A DNA stretch of 64,000 bases from an uncultured Prevotellaceae bacterium (GTDB lineage: Bacteria; Bacteroidota; Bacteroidia; Bacteroidales; Bacteroidaceae). Both the position numbers and the translations under genes were made by a program. The notes under the pieces are model-generated. The model worked only from the letters and a program-made list of their open reading frames with translations. It ran no database searches and was not told the origin of the DNA. The stretch is from NCBI GenBank assembly GCA_902776475.1, contig CACYQD010000014.1, positions 68,146 to 132,145 of the forward strand. Direction: 5' to 3'. Below, in pieces: positions 36,718 through 43,930 of the stretch. Every line of letters begins with the position of its first letter. Within the stretch, counting starts at the first letter, position 1.

Positions 36718-37758
36718 ATGAAAAGACAAACCCTGCTAATCGCTGCTTTGCTTCTGCTGGCACTCACTGTGGCAGCCCAGAAGAAATACAATGTCTATGG
36801 TGTCGGATTCTACAATCTGGAGAATCTTTTTGACACTTGTCACGACGAGGGGAAGAACGATTACGATTTCCTCCCCAACGGCACCTACAAATGGGACAAG
36901 CTGCGCTATGAGCGCAAACTCCACAACATGGCGTATGCCCTGGCCGACATGGGAACGGACATGCTGCCCATCGGATGCGCCATCATCGGTGTCTCTGAGG
37001 TGGAGAACAGCCGGGCGCTTGACGATCTCGTGGCTCAGCCCGAACTGGCCAAGAGAGGTTACAAATTCGTGCACATTGAGGGTCCCGACCGCCGTGGCGT
37101 CGATTGCGCCATGCTCTATAACCCGTCGCTCTTCACGTTCAGAGAGGCCCATCTGGTGCCCTACGTGCCCGAACTGGAGGCCGACAGCACATTCAAGACC
37201 CGTGGATACCTCACCGTGACAGGCATGTTGGCCGACGAGATGGTGACCGTCATCGTGTGCCACTGGCCCAGCCGTTTCTCCGGCTCCTTCTACCGTGAGA
37301 CGGCAGGCCGGCAGGTCAGGGTGGTCAAAGACTCCATCCTGCGTGCCGACCCCACCCGCAAGATCATCGTCATGGGTGATATGAACGATGACCCGCAGAA
37401 CGCCAGTATGAAAACGGCTTTGGGAGCCAAACCCAACATCAAGGATGTCGAAGATGGCGATATGTTCAACCCTTGGTGGAAGATCCTCGATGGAGGAAAG
37501 GGAACCCTCAGCTATCAAGGCAGTTGGAACCTCTTCGACCAGATCGTGCTGTCGTCCAATCTGCTCGACCGCAAGGGCACCAAGGATTACAGCAAGCTCA
37601 CCTACCTGAAATGCCAGATTCAGAACAGGCCCTATCTGGTGCAGGATGAAGGCAAATACAAGGGATCGCCGAAACGAACGACAGCCAGCGGCGTGTGGCT
37701 TGACGGCTATTCCGACCACCTGCCCACCGTGGTTTATCTCATCAAGGAGAAACCCTGA
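36718..37758 (+). CDS. Secreted endonuclease/exonuclease/phosphatase (EEP) family nuclease
   Basis: Signal peptide; FYNLENLFD, GVSEVEN, D.RGVDC, HWPSR, MGDMNDDP, WNLFDQI, YSDHLP. Confidence 0.92.
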   Translation: MKRQTLLIAALLLLALTVAAQKKYNVYGVGFYNLENLFDTCHDEGKNDYDFLPNGTYKWDKLRYERKLHNMAYALADMGTDMLPIGCAIIGVSEVENSRALDDLVAQPELAKRGYKFVHIEGPDRRGVDCAMLYNPSLFTFREAHLVPYVPELEADSTFKTRGYLTVTGMLADEMVTVIVCHWPSRFSGSFYRETAGRQVRVVKDSILRADPTRKIIVMGDMNDDPQNASMKTALGAKPNIKDVEDGDMFNPWWKILDGGKGTLSYQGSWNLFDQIVLSSNLLDRKGTKDYSKLTYLKCQIQNRPYLVQDEGKYKGSPKRTTASGVWLDGYSDHLPTVVYLIKEKP

Positions 37759-38375
37759 TGGCCGGTGAACCGGCGCAGGTGGAGCGGCATCCCTGGGCGC
37801 CGTTCCTGCCCGATCACACCAGGGTCCTCATGCTGGGCAGCTTTCCACCGGCTCCCCATCGGTGGTGCATGGCGTTCTTCTACCCCAACTACACCAACGA
37901 CATGTGGCGGATTTTCGGCCTATGCCTGCATCAGGACAAAAACTGGTTTGTCGATGAGGAGCACCGCACCTTCCGCCTGGAGCGGATCATTGCGATGCTC
38001 CGAGCGACCGGGGTGGGACTTTATGACACTGCCGTGGCTGTGAGACGGACGCGCAATACGGCCTCCGACAAGGACCTGGAGGTTGTGGAGACCACCGATC
38101 TTGACCGTCTGCTCGCTGATGCGCCCGAATGTGTGGCTGTGGTGACGACAGGACAAAAGGCCACCACACTTTTCGCCCAGCATTTCGGCATCACGGAACC
38201 CAAAGTGGGGGAGTCTGTCGCCTTCAAGGTAGGGCAGCGTGAGTTGCGGCTGCTGCGCATGCCGAGCAGCAGCAGGGCCTATCCCATGAAAGTGGAACGG
38301 AAGGCGGAATTCTATCAGCCGCTCTTCGAGGAGTACTTGAAACCATACAACAACAATAACTACCAAAAATCATGA
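37758..38375 (+). CDS. Uracil-DNA glycosylase superfamily protein (family 6/MUG-like)
   Basis: HPWAPF, MLGSFPP, FFYPN..NDMWRI, ASDKDL, RMPSSSRAY; TGATG coupling to the EEP gene. Confidence 0.82.
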   Translation: MAGEPAQVERHPWAPFLPDHTRVLMLGSFPPAPHRWCMAFFYPNYTNDMWRIFGLCLHQDKNWFVDEEHRTFRLERIIAMLRATGVGLYDTAVAVRRTRNTASDKDLEVVETTDLDRLLADAPECVAVVTTGQKATTLFAQHFGITEPKVGESVAFKVGQRELRLLRMPSSSRAYPMKVERKAEFYQPLFEEYLKPYNNNNYQKS

Positions 38376-38989
38376 CAATCATTGGAATAGCCGGAGGAAC
38401 AGGCTCAGGAAAAACAACCGTCGTAAAGAAAATCGTCAATGCGCTGCCTCCGCATTATGTGGCTGTTGTTCCGCTCGATTCATATTATAATGACACCTCG
38501 CACATGACGGATGACGAGAGACGGAAAATCAATTTCGACCACCCTGATGCCTTCGACTGGAAACTGCTGATCAAACAGATCAACATGCTGCGCAACGGGG
38601 AGGCCATCGAACAACCCACCTATTCCTATATCCTGAGCAACCGACTGAAGGAGACCGTGCATGTCAATCCCAAACCGGTGATCATCATCGAGGGCATCAT
38701 GACGCTCATCAACAAGAAACTCCGCGACCTCATGGACCTCAAGATCTTCGTTGATACCGACAGCGATGAACGGCTCATCCGCAACATCCAGCGCGATGTC
38801 GTGGAAAGGGGCAGGACGGTGGATATGGTCCTCGACCGCTATTTGTCAGTGCTCAAACCGATGCATGAGCAGTTTATCGAACCCACCAAGAAATACGCCG
38901 ACCTCATCATCCCGCAGGGAGGGGAGAACCTGAAAGGCATCGGCATCCTCTGCAAATATATCGAGGGCCTCGTCCCTCCAAAGGAATAA
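38372..38989 (+). CDS. udk: Uridine kinase
   Basis: IIGIAGGTGSGKTT, DSYY, NFDHPDAFDW, IIEGI, RLIRNIQRD, FIEPTKKYAD. Confidence 0.95.
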   Translation: MTIIGIAGGTGSGKTTVVKKIVNALPPHYVAVVPLDSYYNDTSHMTDDERRKINFDHPDAFDWKLLIKQINMLRNGEAIEQPTYSYILSNRLKETVHVNPKPVIIIEGIMTLINKKLRDLMDLKIFVDTDSDERLIRNIQRDVVERGRTVDMVLDRYLSVLKPMHEQFIEPTKKYADLIIPQGGENLKGIGILCKYIEGLVPPKE

Positions 38990-38996
38990 AAACTTC

Positions 38997-39503
38997 ATGA
39001 CCACACTTTTGCTCGTCAGGCATGGTGAGACCATCGACAACGTCGGTCACATCATGCAAGGACAGACACAGGGACAACTCAATGAGAACGGCATGGCTCA
39101 GGCACGGATGCTGGCTGAGCAGATGGTCGGCACCGAAATCGACGCTTTCGTGTCCTCCGATCTCAAACGGGCCTACGACACCTGCGTCATCATCGCTGAG
39201 CCTCATGGCAAAGAGGTCGTCACCACACCGCTCCTGAGGGAGCGCGACTGGGGCGATTTCACGGGTAAGTTCATCCCGGACCTCAAGGACAAGCCGTGGC
39301 CGCCCAATGTGGAATCCATGGCGATGCTCAGGCAGCGGTCGGCCGATTTCCTGGCTTTCATCCGCAATCGTTTTCCCGACCAGACGGTTCTTGCCGTGGG
39401 ACACGGCATCATCAACAAGGTCATCCAGTCGGTCTTTTACGACAAACCGGTCCAGGAGGTGCCGAGGATGGCCAACGCAGAGGTCAGAACCCTGTTGTTA
39501 TAG
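38997..39503 (+). CDS. Histidine phosphatase (phosphoglycerate mutase superfamily)
   Basis: LVRHGET, SSDLKRA, LRERDWG, AVGHG. Confidence 0.92.
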   Translation: MTTLLLVRHGETIDNVGHIMQGQTQGQLNENGMAQARMLAEQMVGTEIDAFVSSDLKRAYDTCVIIAEPHGKEVVTTPLLRERDWGDFTGKFIPDLKDKPWPPNVESMAMLRQRSADFLAFIRNRFPDQTVLAVGHGIINKVIQSVFYDKPVQEVPRMANAEVRTLLL

Positions 39504-39510
39504 AAAAAAT

Positions 39511-39535
39511 GCGGAGCGGGCACTGCCCGCTCCGC
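39511..39535. terminator. GC-rich hairpin ending the EEP-udk operon
   Basis: gcggagcgggc-act-gcccgctccgc, 7 nt after the phosphatase stop. Confidence 0.65.
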
Positions 39536-39543
39536 TTGCATTG

Positions 39544-39581
39544 AATAACTACATTCATTAATAACTACATTCATTAATAAC
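39544..39581. repeat. 16-bp tandem repeat (2.4 copies)
   Basis: aataactacattcatt x2 + aataac. Confidence 0.8.
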
Positions 39582-39676
39582 CAATCCTGAAATAACAATC
39601 TTTTACCTTAATATTCCTAATACCTGCATCGCATAATCAGATTGTAGTATGTATGTATTCGAGTGATTCGTGGATA

Positions 39677-40891
39677 TTATCTTCTTCCACCGAAGCCACC
39701 TCCGTGACCACCGCCACTGTGTCCGCCGCTGTGTCCGCCGCCGAACGATCTGCCTCCGCCATGGCTTCCACCGCTGAACGAACTGCCGCCGCGACTGCTG
39801 CTACCGCTGCTGAACGAACGGCTGGGTGCTGATGACGACCTGCTCATGCTCGATGAGGAGTGAGAGGGACTTGATGAGATGCTCCGTGAGGAGGAGGGAG
39901 AGGAACTGCGGCTTGAGGAGAAGGTGCGGGAGGGGTTGCTGAAGGTGCCTACAGAAGAGTGGGAACCTGATGGTCTGCTGCCCACGCTCGAACTGCTGCT
40001 CGGACGGTTCGTGCTGCTGCCGATCCGTGACCTTTCGCCGCTGTTGCTGCTGGCACCCGGAGTCATCCGTGTGCTGCTCTCACGGCTGCCGTTGTTGCGG
40101 AAAGTCCTCATGCCCTGGTCGCTGGTGTTGTTGCGCACGCTGCCGGGATTGGTGCGGGTGGTGGCGTTGCCATTGCCGAAACGGCTGTTGTTGCTGCCGT
40201 TCGTGATGCCGCCGTTGCCGGGACGTCCGCCGTTGTTGCCGCCATTGCGACCGTTGCCATTGCCGAAGTGACTGCCGGTGCTGCCGCCACTGCGACTGCC
40301 GTTGCCATAATGGCCTCCGTTGCCTCCATGTCCGCCATGTCCACCATTGTGTCCGTAGTCACCGCGGTCATATCTGTCGCGCATGCCGTGTCCACCGTGT
40401 CCGTTGTTTCTTCCGTGTCCGCGATGGCCGAAGTCACGTCCGTGATACCAGCTGCGTCCACCGTTCATTCTCCAACTGTGTCCGCCGCGATAGACGGTCC
40501 AGAAGTGAGGACGTCCGAAGTAGAAGAAGTCACGATAGGGATAGCGTGCATAGATGCCGAAGTGCCAGTAGCCAGCCTCCCAGTAGAGGGGACGGTAGAA
40601 ATACCTTGCTGCGAGATAGGCTTCATATTGCCAGTCAAGCAGGATATAGCTCAGGTCCATATTGCGCTGTGTCCAATAGACTCCATAAAGGTCGGCTTGG
40701 GTATTGACGCTCATCAGGTAGTCAAGGTTCACCTCGTAGGCAGCCTCATACTGCTCTTCCGTCAGGTTGAGCTCATAGGCCATCTTGTCGGTGAGGAACA
40801 AAGCCTGCTGCCGGGCCTGCTCGTAACTCATTGCGCTTGCTGAGATGTTGATGGTCAGCAGTGCGATCATGGCTATCAGAATTCTTTTCAT
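39677..40891 (-). CDS. Secreted hypothetical protein with a helical N-domain and long Gly/Ser/Arg/His-rich disordered tail
   Basis: Signal peptide; MSYEQARQQALFLTDKMAYELNL; aromatic-rich segment; about 250 aa of low complexity. Confidence 0.8.
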   Translation of the reverse strand: MKRILIAMIALLTINISASAMSYEQARQQALFLTDKMAYELNLTEEQYEAAYEVNLDYLMSVNTQADLYGVYWTQRNMDLSYILLDWQYEAYLAARYFYRPLYWEAGYWHFGIYARYPYRDFFYFGRPHFWTVYRGGHSWRMNGGRSWYHGRDFGHRGHGRNNGHGGHGMRDRYDRGDYGHNGGHGGHGGNGGHYGNGSRSGGSTGSHFGNGNGRNGGNNGGRPGNGGITNGSNNSRFGNGNATTRTNPGSVRNNTSDQGMRTFRNNGSRESSTRMTPGASSNSGERSRIGSSTNRPSSSSSVGSRPSGSHSSVGTFSNPSRTFSSSRSSSPSSSRSISSSPSHSSSSMSRSSSAPSRSFSSGSSSRGGSSFSGGSHGGGRSFGGGHSGGHSGGGHGGGFGGRR

Positions 40892-41008
40892 CGTCGTATG
40901 GTTTTAATATGGTTTTACATTTTTCTCATTCTCACGATGCAAAGGAACAAAGAATTTCTTACCCCCGAAAAGGATTTTCCCTACTTTGGGAGGGGAAAAT
41001 CCCTAAAT

Positions 41009-41032
41009 CAAAAACCCCCTCGTCTGAGGGGG
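41009..41032 (-). terminator. Intrinsic terminator of the nucleoside kinase gene
   Basis: ccccctc-gtct-gaggggg with an A tract on its left. Confidence 0.65.
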
Positions 41033-41045
41033 CAAATCGGGAGGG

Positions 41046-42728
41046 TTATCTGTATTTAAAACTCGAACCGCCGACGAATTCACGCATGATGCTGGTGGGA
41101 GGTATCTCTTTGTCGCTGACGGGGATGAAGTAATGGATGAATTTCAGCAGCCGGTGCGCTTCGGAATATTCCGGGCAGTTCTTCGGCACGGAGGCCAGGA
41201 TGATCTCCGCATGGGTGCGGAGCACGGCAAACTCGATGTTGAGCGCAGAGTTGAACATCACGTCGGCAGTCTCCTGGAAGGGCAGGATCCACTGTTCCTC
41301 GGCCTCGCAGACGTTGGGCCACATGCGGATGGTTTCCACGGCGGTATAGGCACCTTTGTTGTAGTCGCGGATGATGCGCCGGAGCAATCGGTTGTCGTGG
41401 GTGGGAATCCAGTTGTGGTCATCCAGTGAGATGCTGGTGAGCGCCGAGATGAAGATCTTGAATTTTGCCGTGTCGGGAATCTTCTCCGTCAGCAGGGGGT
41501 TGAGGGCGTGGATACCTTCTATGATCAGCACGCAGTCGTTTTGCAGTTTCAGTTTCTTGCCGTTGAATTCGCGCTTCCCGGTGACGAAATTATATTCGGG
41601 CACCTCCACGCGCTCCCCGCGCATCAGCCGTTGCAGATGGTCTTCGAGCAGGGCGCAGTCCACGGCCTTGATGTTGTCGAAGTCATACTGTCCGTTGGGC
41701 AGCAGCGGGGTGTCGACCCGGTTGACGAAATAGTCATCGGTGGAAAAGGAGATGGGATGCAGGCCACAGGCGAGCAACTGCACCGACAGGCGCTTGCAGA
41801 ATGTCGTCTTGCCCGAGCTCGACGGACCGGTGATGAGCACGAGGCGGATGGGGTCTTTCTCCGCACGGAAACGGGAGTCGATCTCCTCGGCGATCTTCAC
41901 GATTTTCTTCTCCTGAAGGGCCTCGCTCACTTGGATGAGTTCGGAGGCATGACCCTTTAATATGGCTTTGTTCACGTCGCCGGCGTTCGACAGGCGCATG
42001 ATGACGTCCCAGTGCACCTTCTCAGCAAACATCTCGTAGGTTTTGGGCTGATCGAACTTCTTGGCGAGTTCAAGCGGGTTTTTCTTGTCGGGCACCCGCA
42101 GCAACAGTCCATCGCCGTATGGTTCCAGACCCCAGACCTTCAGATAACCGGCCGAGGGCACCAGCGGACCATAATAATAATCCACGGTGTCGCCCAACAT
42201 ATAATAGTCGGTGTAGATTTGTCCACTCGTTTCGGTCAGTTTCACTTTGTCGGAGAATCCGCGGTCGGAGAAAATCCGCACGGCCTCCTCTGTCGTCGCC
42301 TCAAAGCGGCGGAAGGGCATGTCGAGGTTGATGATCTGCTGCATACGCTCCTTGATGCGCTCCACATCCTCCACCGAGAACGACTCATTTCCTCGGCGCT
42401 TGAGGTTGCAGTAATAACCGCGCGACAGGGGATGCTCGATAAATAACTTGCTGCCGGGGAAGATGTCGCAGACAGCTTTGTAGAGCACGAAGCAGAGAGA
42501 ACGGACATAGACGCGGTGGCCGGAACCCTCCCTGGCGTCCAGAAATTCCACGTCGCGGTTCTGGAAAAGGCGGAATTTCAGTCCCTGCGAGGCGTTGTTC
42601 ACTTTGGCCGATACCACAGGGTAGGGGAGTTGGATCTCATCGGCAAATTCCTGATACACATCCAGAAGGGAGCACCCCTCAGGAAAACTTTTAGTCACGT
42701 TGTTGTTTTTGCATCGAATCTGGAGCAT
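41046..42728 (-). CDS. Nucleoside (uridine) kinase family protein fused to ThrRS-like N-terminal TGS/second domains
   Basis: SAKVNN (TGS), RVYVRSL; GPSSSGKTT P-loop, DDYF, LIIEGIHALNP, RLLRRIIRD. Confidence 0.88.
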   Translation of the reverse strand: MLQIRCKNNNVTKSFPEGCSLLDVYQEFADEIQLPYPVVSAKVNNASQGLKFRLFQNRDVEFLDAREGSGHRVYVRSLCFVLYKAVCDIFPGSKLFIEHPLSRGYYCNLKRRGNESFSVEDVERIKERMQQIINLDMPFRRFEATTEEAVRIFSDRGFSDKVKLTETSGQIYTDYYMLGDTVDYYYGPLVPSAGYLKVWGLEPYGDGLLLRVPDKKNPLELAKKFDQPKTYEMFAEKVHWDVIMRLSNAGDVNKAILKGHASELIQVSEALQEKKIVKIAEEIDSRFRAEKDPIRLVLITGPSSSGKTTFCKRLSVQLLACGLHPISFSTDDYFVNRVDTPLLPNGQYDFDNIKAVDCALLEDHLQRLMRGERVEVPEYNFVTGKREFNGKKLKLQNDCVLIIEGIHALNPLLTEKIPDTAKFKIFISALTSISLDDHNWIPTHDNRLLRRIIRDYNKGAYTAVETIRMWPNVCEAEEQWILPFQETADVMFNSALNIEFAVLRTHAEIILASVPKNCPEYSEAHRLLKFIHYFIPVSDKEIPPTSIMREFVGGSSFKYR

Positions 42729-42749
42729 AAGCTTTACAATATGGTTTCG

Positions 42750-42850
42750 ACAAATTTATGAAAAAACGGGAGGAGAACAAAAAGAATTCGTTCTTTTCTT
42801 ATCCCGAGTGCTCAAGTAAGTTCGCCACGCAGTGGCAAATTTACGAAAAA
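42750..42850 (-). repeat. Promoter-carrying dispersed repeat upstream of the nucleoside kinase (two TAAATTTG boxes)
   Basis: caaattta at 42751 and 42836 flanking GGGAGGAGAACAAAAAGAATTCGTTC...CCCGAG and TTCGCCACGCAGTGGCAAA. Confidence 0.7.
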
Positions 42851-42974
42851 AAGTTGTAACGGCTAACGGATTTGGGAGAATTCATTCAATTCACTTGTTG
42901 TTTTGAGAATTATCCATTATTTTTGCTCATTGAAATACCAATTCATGTTGATCACAAAAGAGAATGTCGAAAGC

Positions 42975-43673
42975 ATGAAACACTTGTTTGAAGCGTGCAC
43001 CGCCAATATGGCGAGTGTGAGAGAAGCCGTCTTGGGCGGTGCGGAACGCATTGAATTGTGCACGGCACTGCCGCTTGGAGGACTCACGCCATCGATAGGT
43101 ATGGTCAAGGCCGTCAGGGAGATGGCTCCCCACCTCACCATCCATCTCCTCATCCGTCCACGAGAGGGCGATTTTGTCTATCGGGAGGATGAGGTAGCCG
43201 TGATGGAGCGCGACATGGAGGAAGCCCAACCTTTTGTCGATGGGTTCGTCTGCGGTGCGCTGTTGCCCGATGGCGGCATCGATACTGCCACCATGCGCCG
43301 TCTGATCAAGAAGGCTGGGGAGAAACCCGTCACCTTCCATCGTGCGTTCGACGTTTGCCGTGACCCTATAGAGGGACTTCAACAAGTGATAGATTTAGGA
43401 TGCAGGCGGCTGTTGAGTTCAGGACAACAGCCCACAGCCGTGGAGGGCATTCCACTATTACGGCAACTTCACTCGCTTGCCGCGGGACGCATCATTGTCA
43501 TGCCCGGAAGTGGTGTGAATGAAAAGAATGTGCGTCAGATTATCCAACAGACGGGTGTCTCCGAAATCCACGGGTCGGCTTCCTCTTCCACAGGCATCAC
43601 GAGCCGGGAGACGGTAAGGAGTATTATTCAAAAATTGAATATTGAGTTCGGGCAAAGCCCGATTGAAGATTGA
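42975..43673 (+). CDS. cutC: CutC family protein (alternative start at 42945)
   Basis: EAC, GAERIELC, GGLTPS, LIRPREGDF, TFHRAFD, LSSGQ, MPGSGV; TATTTTTG box at 42918-42925; last residues are encoded by the downstream repeat. Confidence 0.92.
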   Translation: MKHLFEACTANMASVREAVLGGAERIELCTALPLGGLTPSIGMVKAVREMAPHLTIHLLIRPREGDFVYREDEVAVMERDMEEAQPFVDGFVCGALLPDGGIDTATMRRLIKKAGEKPVTFHRAFDVCRDPIEGLQQVIDLGCRRLLSSGQQPTAVEGIPLLRQLHSLAAGRIIVMPGSGVNEKNVRQIIQQTGVSEIHGSASSSTGITSRETVRSIIQKLNIEFGQSPIED

Positions 43674-43930
43674 GTTCGGCCTTTGGCCGATTGAAAATTG
43701 AGTTCGGGCAGCCCGATTGAAGATTGAGTTGGCCTTTGGCCGATTGAATATTGAAAATTATATCGGCTTCGCCGATTGAATATAACCCCGCTCCTTATAT
43801 ACGAAGCATCGGGATTATTCCGATGAGCGAGTACTCAATTTTCAATCTTGAATAATCAATCGGGCTTTGCCCGAGTTCATTTTTCAATCTTTAATCTTTA
43901 ATTTTCAATTTTCAATTTTGAATTTTCAAT
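43633..43930. repeat. Hairpin array / MITE-like element with inverted arms between cutC and the transglutaminase gene
   Basis: Five TTGAGTTCGG-loop-CCGATTGAA-like units, about 50 bp of unique core, an inverted unit tcaatcgggctttgcccgagttca, then ttttcaa heptamers. Confidence 0.85.
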
